DNA from: Candidatus Hydrogenedentota bacterium
GTDB taxonomy: Bacteria; Hydrogenedentota; Hydrogenedentia; Hydrogenedentales; GCA-2746185
DNA: 56,194 nt
Direction of reading: 5' to 3'
NCBI GenBank assembly: GCA_046583315.1
Contig: JAYGCN010000205.1
Span: forward strand, 1 to 56,194
The notes under the pieces were generated by a model. That model saw nothing but the letters and a program-made list of their open reading frames with translations, did not search any database and was not told where the DNA came from. A program made the translations under genes and the position numbers. Numbering within the stretch: the stretch's first letter is position 1; every line of letters starts with the position of its first letter. Positions 47,125 through 56,056 of the stretch are shown here, piece after piece.

Positions 47125-48489
47125 TCAGGTCAATAGGCCGGCCTCGATGGCGTCTTCGATGGATGCGACGGTCATCAATGTAACACCGGGCATGCTCTCC
47201 TTGTTCATTCCGTGTGTAGGTAGCATACACGATTTGAAGCCGAACTTCGAGGCTTCTGCGACACGAATTCCGGCGCGATCGACGGATCGGATTTCGCCTG
47301 CGAGTCCAATTTCCCCGAAGGCGACGAGACCGGGCGTGACCGGGACATCGCGTAGGCTGGAGCACAGTGCGAGCGCTATGGCGAGATCGGCCGCGGGTTC
47401 GGTGAGTTTGACGCCACCCGCGACGTTGACGAAGACGTCGAGTCCAGCGAAACCGAGGCCGACACGCTTCTCTAACACCGCCAATATTAGTGATACGCGA
47501 TTGGGGTTGACACCGGTAACGGTGCGTCTGGGTGACCCCAAGTGGCTATCGGTGACGAGGGCCTGGACTTCAACGAGAAGTGGGCGTGTGCCTTCGATGC
47601 TGGGGATGACGGCGGACCCGCTGACCCCTTCGGGACGTTCGTCGAGGAAGAGCGCGCTGGGATTGGTGACTTCGATGAGGCCTTTGCTGGTCATCTCGAA
47701 GACGCCGATTTCGTTGGTGGAGCCGAATCGATTTTTCACGCCCCGCAGGATTCGTAGGGAATGTTTGCCGTCGCCTTCGAAGTAGAGCACGGTGTCGACA
47801 AGATGCTCGAGGACGCGGGGGCCTGCGATGCTGCCGTCTTTGGTGACATGTCCTACCAGGAATATGGGAACTTGTTGCCCTTTGGCCAGGCGCAGGCATT
47901 CGTTGGCGCATTCGCGGACTTGTCCGACGCTGCCGGGCACGGAGGACAGCGCGGGACTGTACATGGACTGAATCGAGTCGATGATGACACAGGCGTAGTC
48001 GCCTTTTTTGATTTGGCTGCGCACGGTTTCGATGTTGGTTTCGGTCAACATCATTACGTGGTCGTGTAAGGCTCCGAGTCGGTCGGCGCGCAGTTGTGAT
48101 TGGTGGAATGATTCTTCACCGGAGATGTACAAGACCTCACCGACGTTGCTGGCGACGTGGTAGGCGAGTTGTAGCATCAGCGTGGATTTGCCGATGCCGG
48201 GATCGCCGCCGACGAGGATGAGTGAGCCGGGCACGATGCCGCCGCCCAGTACTCGGTCGCATTCCGCTGATCCGGAACCCATGCGTTCGGGTTGGGCCGC
48301 TTGATCGTCGGTGATGGGTGTGGGTCTGGCACCCGATATGATGGATGGGCGCTCGTGTTTGCCGCCGGGTGCCTCGTTGACCTCTTCGACGAGCGTGTTC
48401 CACTCGTCACAGGCCGTGCATTTGCCTTCCCAACGCGAATGCGTCGCACCGCAGGATTGACACACAAAACATGTCTTCGTTTTTGCCAC
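47125..48489 (-). CDS. radA: DNA repair protein RadA/Sms
   Basis: CQSC..CTAC zinc finger, GGDPGIGKST, KNRFG, Lon-like tail; GTG 48489. Confidence 0.97.
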   Translation of the reverse strand: MAKTKTCFVCQSCGATHSRWEGKCTACDEWNTLVEEVNEAPGGKHERPSIISGARPTPITDDQAAQPERMGSGSAECDRVLGGGIVPGSLILVGGDPGIGKSTLMLQLAYHVASNVGEVLYISGEESFHQSQLRADRLGALHDHVMMLTETNIETVRSQIKKGDYACVIIDSIQSMYSPALSSVPGSVGQVRECANECLRLAKGQQVPIFLVGHVTKDGSIAGPRVLEHLVDTVLYFEGDGKHSLRILRGVKNRFGSTNEIGVFEMTSKGLIEVTNPSALFLDERPEGVSGSAVIPSIEGTRPLLVEVQALVTDSHLGSPRRTVTGVNPNRVSLILAVLEKRVGLGFAGLDVFVNVAGGVKLTEPAADLAIALALCSSLRDVPVTPGLVAFGEIGLAGEIRSVDRAGIRVAEASKFGFKSCMLPTHGMNKESMPGVTLMTVASIEDAIEAGLLT

Positions 48490-48560
48490 TTGGATAGGCC
48501 CCCTTTGCTTGGAAGCGACAGTAGCATAGGGAATGGGGGAGCGGCAATGCGCTGGTTTTT

Positions 48561-48829
48561 TCATCATGAAGATAGGAAGAGCACGAAGGAAGAAACTGAA
48601 AACTGCCTTTTTGTCCGCAGATTTACGCGGATGAACGCAGATTGAGGAACCGAAAACAGCTGAGGACTCAGGGAAAGAAAGCGAAAACCGCTAAGAACTT
48701 TAATGTTGAGAGACTCGAATTGACGGGCCGGGGTGGATTTACTTGTGTGGTTCTCCGTGTCTTCGTGCTCTCTGTGGTGACTGGTCTTTGCCGTTGTGGT
48801 TCTCTGCGGTCTTTGCGTCTCTGCGTGAG
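48561..48829. repeat. Cluster of short degenerate internally repeated motifs, partly in inverted orientation (REP/MITE-like remnants)
   Basis: tcatcatgaagataggaagagcacgaag (48561) versus the reverse complement of ctccgtgtcttcgtgctctctgtggtga (48753-48780); ccgcagatttacgcggatgaacgcagatt (48615-48643); ctctgcggtctttgcgtctctgcgtgag (48802-48829). Confidence 0.6.
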
Positions 48830-48917
48830 GCAGGGGGTTGCTTGGTGGTTGGGGATGGGGTATTGTGGCTGTTTGAATCTGTTTTGTCGTCGTCTTTTTT
48901 TTTGAGAGGGATTTTTT

Positions 48918-51080
48918 ATGTCTTCTATTTATGTGATTCGGCGTGGGTTTGCTTGGGCGGTGGTGGTTTTGTTGGGTGTGACTTGTTTACCTGCTATTGC
49001 GGGGAGTGAGTTGGCGGAGCGGCTGTCGGCTCAGGTGGTGGTGCATCGGGATGAGTGGGGGGTGCCGCATATTTATGGGGAGACGGATGAGTCTGTTGTG
49101 TTCGCGGTGGCGTATACGGAGGCGGAGGATTATTTTTGGCAGGTGGAGGAGACGATGATCGGGTGTGTGGGGCGTCAGGCGGAGGTGTATGGGGAGTCTG
49201 GCGTACAGAATGACATGCTGATCGCGTTGTTCGATATTGTGGAACGGAGCAAGCAGGATTATTTGACGTTGGACCCTAAGTTGAAGTCGTTTTGTGATGC
49301 GTATGCGGCGGGTTATAACTATTTTCTGGAGAAGCATCCGGAGGTGACGCCGCGGTTGCTGACGACCTATGAACCTTATTATTTGTTGTGTTATGAGCGG
49401 GGCATGATTTTGCCGAGGTTGCTGGGGCATGCGCATGCGCCGCGGGGCAATGTGAAACCGATGCTGGAGGAAGTACGTGCGGCGACGGGGTCGAATGCGT
49501 GGGCGATTTCGGGTTCACGCACGAAGTCTGGCAATGCAATGTTGTTTGTGAATCCGCATCAGCCGTGGTACGGCACGGGCATGTTCACGGAGATGCATGT
49601 GCGTAGTGATGAGGGTTGGAATTTTTCGGGCACGACCTTTCCGGGCGGACCGTTTCCGACGGCGGGCTTTAATGAACATGTGGGTTGGGCGTATACGGTG
49701 AATGAGCCGGATATCGGGGATGTGTATCGGGTCGTGTTTGATCATCCGACGGATCGGCTGAAGTATCGGTGGGATGATGGTTACAGGACGGCCGAGGAGT
49801 GGACGAATACGATTAAAGTGGGTGATGAGGAGCGCGAATATACGTTCCGGCGGACGCATCATGGGCCGGTGATGGCCAAGGATAGTGATACGGATTATCG
49901 CGCGGTGCGGGTGGCGAAGTTGTTTCAGGGGAGTCGGATGAAACAGGCGCTGGCGATGACGAAGGCGACGAATTTTGAGGATTGGTATGCTGCGGCGGGC
50001 ATGATGCAGTTGCAGATGTTCAATACGGTGTATGCGGATAAGGATAACAACATTTTCTATTTGTACAACGGTCTCGTGGCGAAGAAGGATCCGTCTATTG
50101 ACTGGCGAGGCCTGGTGGATGGTACGACGTCGAAAACGGAGTGGGGTCCGTATCACACGATTGAGGAATTGCCGCAGGTGCTGAATCCGATTTCGGGATT
50201 TGTGCAGAATTGTAACTCGACACCGTTCACGACGACGGACGACAGCAATCCTTCGAAGAAAGATTATCCTTCGTATATGGTGGAGGATAAGGATGACGAT
50301 AAACGGCGCGCGAAGATGTCGCGATTTTTGTTGCGCGGCGCGAATGATATAACTTTTGAGGATTGGCAGGCGCTGGCATACGACACGACGCTGTATTGGC
50401 CGATGACGGAACTGGCGCGGTATGCGGAGTGGTTTGTAGACTTGTCTGAAACAAATCAACCGCTTGCGCGTCAGGTGGAACCGTACCTTGGACATCTGTT
50501 GAATTGGGATTTCAAGGGTACAGCGACATCGACGCAGACGACCCTGTGTGTGGCGTGGTATGAGGTGTTGTATGGTCGGGGCTATCCGGTGGAGACGTTG
50601 AAGCAGGAGTATGTGAAGGATATTCCGGCGCGATTCGAGGCCTTGATTCAGGCGGCTGAAGGGCTGGAAAAAACTTTTGGAACTTGGATGGTACCCTATG
50701 GCCAGGTGCATCGCCTTCAGCGGCATCCAGACCAGAAGGGCATGTATGACGTGCCCTTCAGCGATGATCTGCCGAGTTTGCCGCAGGTGGGTGTGCGGGG
50801 TCCGTTGGGCGTCGCGTTTACCGTGTATCATACGCCGAGCATGGAGGGGCGCAAGAATCGATATGCCGGTGTCGGCGCGTCGTATATGGCGACGGTAGAA
50901 TTTGGTGAGCGTACGCAGGGTGGGTCGTATCTTCATTACGGACAGAGCGGGGATCCGGATTCGCCACACTTTTTTGATCAGGCGATATTGCTTTCACAAA
51001 AAAAATTCAAGCCGGCGTATTTGTATTGGGACGATGTCGAAGCCCACACAGTGAGCAAGTATCACCCGGGCCAGGAATAG
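48918..51080 (+). CDS. Penicillin acylase family Ntn-hydrolase, exported
   Basis: Signal peptide, RDEWGVPHIYG, GSNAWAI (autoprocessing Ser), NPH, THHGPV, QNCN, GQSGDPDSPHFFDQ. Confidence 0.93.
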   Translation: MSSIYVIRRGFAWAVVVLLGVTCLPAIAGSELAERLSAQVVVHRDEWGVPHIYGETDESVVFAVAYTEAEDYFWQVEETMIGCVGRQAEVYGESGVQNDMLIALFDIVERSKQDYLTLDPKLKSFCDAYAAGYNYFLEKHPEVTPRLLTTYEPYYLLCYERGMILPRLLGHAHAPRGNVKPMLEEVRAATGSNAWAISGSRTKSGNAMLFVNPHQPWYGTGMFTEMHVRSDEGWNFSGTTFPGGPFPTAGFNEHVGWAYTVNEPDIGDVYRVVFDHPTDRLKYRWDDGYRTAEEWTNTIKVGDEEREYTFRRTHHGPVMAKDSDTDYRAVRVAKLFQGSRMKQALAMTKATNFEDWYAAAGMMQLQMFNTVYADKDNNIFYLYNGLVAKKDPSIDWRGLVDGTTSKTEWGPYHTIEELPQVLNPISGFVQNCNSTPFTTTDDSNPSKKDYPSYMVEDKDDDKRRAKMSRFLLRGANDITFEDWQALAYDTTLYWPMTELARYAEWFVDLSETNQPLARQVEPYLGHLLNWDFKGTATSTQTTLCVAWYEVLYGRGYPVETLKQEYVKDIPARFEALIQAAEGLEKTFGTWMVPYGQVHRLQRHPDQKGMYDVPFSDDLPSLPQVGVRGPLGVAFTVYHTPSMEGRKNRYAGVGASYMATVEFGERTQGGSYLHYGQSGDPDSPHFFDQAILLSQKKFKPAYLYWDDVEAHTVSKYHPGQE

Positions 51081-51090
51081 GCGGGAGCGA

Positions 51091-51942
51091 TTATTGTAAC
51101 TCGTTGTTGTCCTTGTCGAGACTGCGTGCGGCTTCGAGGTTGTGATTGGCCAAACGACTCCAGTAGAAGGAGCGTATCATGCCTACGACGAGGATGAGTA
51201 CACCGCCGCAGTAGCCGATGAGCAATGACCACGCGACGAAAAACATTGGGCCCTGGGTCAAGATATCCAGCTGCTGGAAGTTACCGGCATTGCGTAGTTT
51301 GTTGGTGTCCTGAATCTGGGTCATCTGGCCTTGGTTGAATTTCAATTCCGTCGTTTCAAATGGAAACAGGAGCTCTCTCAGTATCGGTGAAGATTGATAG
51401 AACAGCATGGAGCCGATGCCGAAGAAAATGAATGCGGCGAGTACGCGTTTTCGCGAGGGGGGTTGATAGCCACTTTGACCGAGCACGGGACGATTCTCGT
51501 CCATCGGCGGCAATTCGAGTTTGCCGGTCTCGGTGAAGGTTGCCTGCGGTTCGGCCTCTTCCGGGGCGAGGTCAGGATCGCCGAAGTCGGGTTCATCTTC
51601 TGATTCGGGCGGGGCCTGGGGCTTCACGGGTTTCAGTAGTTGCCCGCCGCTGCCCATGAGATCTTCGAAACTGACTCCTGCGGATTCTGTGGGAGCGGGT
51701 GGTGCCTGTTGTCTGGAGGCACTGTATTTCTGCCTGAGGGCCTCTCGTCGTGCGTTGCGCTCGGACATGCACCGTCCACAGAGTTTACGGCCCTTCTTGG
51801 TCAATTCGACGTGTTGGCGGCAGATGGTGGTACCGCAGCCCTGGCACACGGCGGAGCAGTCTTTGCAGACGAGCGTTTTGCAGGTGTCGCAACCCGCGAT
51901 CGCGTAGTTTTTGTTGCATAGTTTACAGACGACGGAAGCCAT
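51091..51942 (-). CDS. Membrane protein with Cys-rich zinc-finger-like N-terminus
   Basis: CKLC..CDTC..CKDC..CQGC..CRQH..CGRC, acidic Pro-rich linker, two TM helices; ATG 51942 after GGAGTAAGGA. Confidence 0.7.
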   Translation of the reverse strand: MASVVCKLCNKNYAIAGCDTCKTLVCKDCSAVCQGCGTTICRQHVELTKKGRKLCGRCMSERNARREALRQKYSASRQQAPPAPTESAGVSFEDLMGSGGQLLKPVKPQAPPESEDEPDFGDPDLAPEEAEPQATFTETGKLELPPMDENRPVLGQSGYQPPSRKRVLAAFIFFGIGSMLFYQSSPILRELLFPFETTELKFNQGQMTQIQDTNKLRNAGNFQQLDILTQGPMFFVAWSLLIGYCGGVLILVVGMIRSFYWSRLANHNLEAARSLDKDNNELQ

Positions 51943-52144
51943 ACTATCCTTACTCCAGATTCGTGACCGTAGATTACCAAAATTGGCATGCAACTCCAAA
52001 TTCAGCGATGAATCGTGGCGTGCATTGTGATGTTCAACCTGTTATGATCGTCCCAATTTCGGTACCACAGGGGAGGCTCTGGTGCTTAACAGAGCATAAC
52101 GTGTCATCGCCAAGCAGGACACAGGACCATCGAAGGATTCTAAT

Positions 52145-53890
52145 GTGAGTTCAGACCACGTAGCGGAGCATACCCTCCCTTTTTGGCGTAAGTACATATT
52201 TTCGGTAGACCATAAGGTCATCGGCATTCAATACGGAATAACCGCCCTTTGCTTCTTGTTTTTCGGATTCTGTCTGATGTTGTTGATGCGTTGGCAACTC
52301 GCCTATCCGGGCCGAGCGCTACCCCTAATTGCCGGAATGTTTTCTGATGAGAATCCCTTCATGCCTGATGGATATATGGATCCCGGGTTCTACAACGCAC
52401 TGGGCGCGATGCACGGAACCATTATGGTTTTCCTGGGCGTTGTTCCACTGGCCGTAGGCGCGTTTGGCAACTACATCGTTCCGCTTCAGGTCGGTGCCTG
52501 CGACATGGCCTTTCCACGACTTAACATGATGAGTTACTGGGTGTATTTCCTGGGCGGCGTCATCATGCTGCTCACGTTTTTCTTACCGGATGGTCCGGCG
52601 AATTCCGGATGGACCTCGTATCCGCCACTGTCGATCATCGCGGGACACGGCCAGACTTTTTGGCTGATTGGCATGTTCTTTTTGATCATTTCCTCGTTGC
52701 TGGGGTCGATCAATATCATCGTGACGATTTTTCATCTGCGTGTCGAGGGGTTGACGCTGATGCGGATGCCTTTCTTTTTGTGGAGTCAGCTTGTTACGGC
52801 GTTTCTGTTGTTGCTGGCCTTTCCTCCTTTGCAAGTAGCCGCCGTATTTCAATTGATGGACCGTCTTGCGGGCACGAGTTTCTTTTTGCCGTCGGGTCTG
52901 GTTGTTGATGAACAAGTGATGGAGGTCAGCGGGGGTGGGAGTGCGTTGTTGTGGCAACACCTGTTTTGGTTTCTGGCGCACCCTGAGGTATATGTATTGA
53001 TTTTGCCGGCGATGGGAATCGTGGCAGAAGTGATCGCGAATAATACGCGCAAGCCGCTATGGGGATACAAGTCGATGGTTTATTCGGTCTTGTTTCTTGG
53101 ATTTTTGTCATTTCTGGTATGGGCGCACCACATGTTTTTGACGGGAATGGGCACAACGATCAGCGCGTTTTTCCAGACGACGACGATGATTATATCGATA
53201 CCGTCGATTGTTATTCTTACCGCACTGGTGATCTCGTTGTGGGGCGGATCGATTCGATTTACGGTACCAATGTTGTTCGCGCTGGCGTTCCTGCCGATGT
53301 TCGCGATTGGTGGGCTGACTGGATTGCCGCTGGGATTGGCGGCGGCGGATATTCACCTGCATGATACCTACTATGTGATTGGTCACTTCCATTATATTGT
53401 CGCTCCGGGCACGATTTTCGCACTGTTTGCAGGTATTTATTATTGGTATCCAAAGGTGACGGGTCGCCACATGAACACGATTCTCGGGCACATTCACTTC
53501 TGGCCTTCGATTTTCTTTATGAATTGCATATTTATGCCGATGTTTGTGCAGGGGATGGCGGGCGTTTCGCGCAGGCTGTTTGACGGGGGCGCGACCTATG
53601 CCCACGCGCAGGAGGTGCAGGGGTTGAACGTGATGATGAGTATGTCGGCGTTCGCACTGGCGGTTTCGCAGCTTCCGTTTATCATCAACTTTTTCATCAG
53701 CTTCAAGACGGGCAAAAAGGTCGAAGATAATCCTTGGGATGCGACGACATTGGAGTGGGCGACTTCTTCTCCTCCTATTGCGCACGGGAATTTTGAGTCG
53801 GAGCCCTCGGTGTATCGTGGACCGTACGAATACAGCGTGCCGGGTGCGAAGAACGACTATTCACCTCAATTCGAAAGAGAGGATGCCTAG
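52145..53890 (+). CDS. ctaD: Cytochrome c oxidase subunit I (A1-type)
   Basis: DHKVIG, MHGTIMVF, HPEVY, WAHHM, GHFHY, SRR. Confidence 0.96.
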   Translation: MSSDHVAEHTLPFWRKYIFSVDHKVIGIQYGITALCFLFFGFCLMLLMRWQLAYPGRALPLIAGMFSDENPFMPDGYMDPGFYNALGAMHGTIMVFLGVVPLAVGAFGNYIVPLQVGACDMAFPRLNMMSYWVYFLGGVIMLLTFFLPDGPANSGWTSYPPLSIIAGHGQTFWLIGMFFLIISSLLGSINIIVTIFHLRVEGLTLMRMPFFLWSQLVTAFLLLLAFPPLQVAAVFQLMDRLAGTSFFLPSGLVVDEQVMEVSGGGSALLWQHLFWFLAHPEVYVLILPAMGIVAEVIANNTRKPLWGYKSMVYSVLFLGFLSFLVWAHHMFLTGMGTTISAFFQTTTMIISIPSIVILTALVISLWGGSIRFTVPMLFALAFLPMFAIGGLTGLPLGLAAADIHLHDTYYVIGHFHYIVAPGTIFALFAGIYYWYPKVTGRHMNTILGHIHFWPSIFFMNCIFMPMFVQGMAGVSRRLFDGGATYAHAQEVQGLNVMMSMSAFALAVSQLPFIINFFISFKTGKKVEDNPWDATTLEWATSSPPIAHGNFESEPSVYRGPYEYSVPGAKNDYSPQFEREDA

Positions 53891-54481
53891 ATGGATATAC
53901 CCTATACCGTTGAGAATCGACCGGATACCGGGATGTATAACGGTAAGCTGGGCATGTGGTTGTTCCTGGCCTCAGAGGTCATGTTGTTCGGGGCGCTTTT
54001 TTCGTCGTATGTTTTGTTGAGGGTGAATGCCGTGGATTGGCCCAAAGGCACTGAGGTGCTGAACGTACCGCTGGCTACGGTGAATACGCTGATTCTCATC
54101 GGATCGAGTTTTGCGATGCTGAAAGCGTGGGCGGCATTGAAAATGAACGACCATGGTGCGTACAAAAAATTCGCATGGATTACAATTGCGATGGGGACAG
54201 CATTTATCCTTATCAAACTCTACGAATATTCCGACAAATTCGGTCACGAACTTTACCCTTCCACCAGCACGTTTTATGCAATCTACTTTACGCTGACCGG
54301 GTTGCACGTCATTCACTTGCTGATCGGCGTATTGGTGAATTTGTTTCATGTTTTGTTCGGCGGGAAACTCTGGGCATCGAAGCCGGGACAGTTTACGAAT
54401 CGCATTGAAGTGACAGGACTGTATTGGCACTTCGTTGACTTGGTGTGGCTGGTGATGTTTCCGACTCTCTATCTTATATAA
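53891..54481 (+). CDS. ctaE: Cytochrome c oxidase subunit III
   Basis: GMWLFLASEVMLFG, TGLH..H, GLYWHFVDLVW. Confidence 0.94.
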   Translation: MDIPYTVENRPDTGMYNGKLGMWLFLASEVMLFGALFSSYVLLRVNAVDWPKGTEVLNVPLATVNTLILIGSSFAMLKAWAALKMNDHGAYKKFAWITIAMGTAFILIKLYEYSDKFGHELYPSTSTFYAIYFTLTGLHVIHLLIGVLVNLFHVLFGGKLWASKPGQFTNRIEVTGLYWHFVDLVWLVMFPTLYLI

Positions 54482-54496
54482 GAACGAGGACAATTT

Positions 54497-54838
54497 ATGA
54501 GCAATGAAGACATACGACGAATGGTGAGCGTGCAGCAGAATATTTTTGTGTCGCTCGGTATTCTCACGCTTGTATCGGCAGGCATCGCGATGACCGGGGT
54601 GAACGCGACGCTGGGGATTTTTATTGCGCTGGGCATCGCCTTCGTCCAGGGCGTCATGATTCTGAGCTCACTGATGCATCTGAAGGATTCATCGTCTCTG
54701 CGCGGTCTTATCGGTCTGACGGCATTTTTCGTGGCGTTTTTGTTGTTTGCGACCTGGCTGGCCTATTCCAATCAAATAGAGGGTACCGATCATTTGAATC
54801 CAGTGGTTAGCATAGAATCATCTGGAGAGCACGAATGA
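54497..54838 (+). CDS. Cytochrome c oxidase subunit IV family
   Basis: Three TM helices, IALGIA..Q....LMHLK, located after subunit III. Confidence 0.8.
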   Translation: MSNEDIRRMVSVQQNIFVSLGILTLVSAGIAMTGVNATLGIFIALGIAFVQGVMILSSLMHLKDSSSLRGLIGLTAFFVAFLLFATWLAYSNQIEGTDHLNPVVSIESSGEHE

Positions 54839-55125
54839 TGATCTGGTTTCGAAGGATAGTGATGCTCGGGGTGTTCGCGATTCTGTTGACTCCGCGGACC
54901 GGATGGGCCTGTGCAACGTGTTTCGGGGCTGAAGGTGATCCGCAGACCGAGGGCCTGAATATGGCTATTATTACCTTACTTGGGGTTACGTATACGTTGT
55001 TCTCGGTCATGGCGCTTGCGGCGTTTCTGATCTGGAAAAAGAATCAAAAGGCCATGCAAGACGAAATGACGGACGCAATGACGGACGCGGTAAACATTCA
55101 GGAGGCTTCGACGACTCATGGGTGA
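54835..55125 (+). CDS. Small membrane protein with exported CxxC (ACATCFG), oxidase-associated
   Basis: Signal peptide, CATC, one TM helix; overlaps both neighbours. Confidence 0.7.
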   Translation: MMIWFRRIVMLGVFAILLTPRTGWACATCFGAEGDPQTEGLNMAIITLLGVTYTLFSVMALAAFLIWKKNQKAMQDEMTDAMTDAVNIQEASTTHG

Positions 55126-55897
55126 CTTACTTGGATTGCCCGTGAACGCGTCAGTTCACGGGGAACGTGTCGATCAAATTCTGGTGTATGTGCATATTCT
55201 GATGGTGCTGATTTTTGTTGGATGGGGTATCTTTTTTATTTTCACGCTGATTCGCTTTCGGAAGAAAAAACACGCGACCGCCGATCACATCGGCATGAAG
55301 AGTCATCGATCAACATACATTGAAATTGCAATCGTCGTGGTTGAGGCGATATTGCTGATCGGGTTCTCGATTCCGTTTTGGGCCGCAGAGGTAGATGCGT
55401 TTCCGAAACCGGAGGCGGATCCCTTTGAAGTACGCGTGGTCGCCCAGCAGTTTGCGTGGAACGTACACTATCCTGGGAACGACGGGATCTTTGGCCGCAC
55501 GGCTCCCGAATTGGTAAACGAGATTGATAATCCTGTGGGGCTGGACCGGGATGATCCAAATGCTTCCGATGATGTTGTATCGTATAACTTGCTTCGAGTC
55601 CCCGTGAATCGGCAGGTGTTGATTCACCTGTCTTCCAAAGACGTGATTCATTCTTTCGCATTGCCGGAATTCCGTGTGAAGCAGGATGCCATTCCAGGCA
55701 TGCGGATTCCGATACAGTTTACGCCAACGATGACAACCGCTGAATTCCAAGACGTTTCCGGCGATACCTCGCGCGGTTTTGAGATTACATGCGCTCAGTT
55801 GTGCGGAAACTCCCATTTCAGTATGCGCGGGAATTTGATTGTCGAAAGCGAAGAGGAAGTGCAGGCGTGGCTGGATAAGAAGGCTTCTGCTCAATAA
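55118..55897 (+). CDS. ctaC: Cytochrome c oxidase subunit II
   Basis: Two TM helices, AQQFAW, DVIHSF, KQDAIPG, CAQLCGNSHFSM (CuA). Confidence 0.94.
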   Translation: MGDLLGLPVNASVHGERVDQILVYVHILMVLIFVGWGIFFIFTLIRFRKKKHATADHIGMKSHRSTYIEIAIVVVEAILLIGFSIPFWAAEVDAFPKPEADPFEVRVVAQQFAWNVHYPGNDGIFGRTAPELVNEIDNPVGLDRDDPNASDDVVSYNLLRVPVNRQVLIHLSSKDVIHSFALPEFRVKQDAIPGMRIPIQFTPTMTTAEFQDVSGDTSRGFEITCAQLCGNSHFSMRGNLIVESEEEVQAWLDKKASAQ

Positions 55898-55948
55898 TAG
55901 AGGCCTATTCAGCGCCCAACCCCCTGTAAACACGACCGTTTGGAATAC

Positions 55949-55977
55949 TTGTGCTTTGCCGAAGCGGTTGTTATGAT
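55949..55977 (+). promoter_or_regulatory. Putative sigma-70 promoter with extended -10
   Basis: TTGTGC-N17-TATGAT preceded by TGn. Confidence 0.4.
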
Positions 55978-56056
55978 ATTCTTTGGTTTAATTAACCTCT
56001 TAAACATTAACGATGCGTTTTTTGTGTAACTGGTATGTAATGAAAGGGACAGGAAA

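Noticed and set aside
48561..48829. CRISPR array, or the coding ORFs 48642-48905 and 48743-49009
   Set aside because: Repeats are non-identical, short and partly inverted, with no regular spacers or cas genes; the ORFs are translations of low-complexity repeats.
49515..50969. 484-aa minus-strand ORF (likewise 5037-5969, 19547-20335 and similar)
   Set aside because: Antisense shadows of well-supported genes, with His/Arg-rich composition and no motifs.
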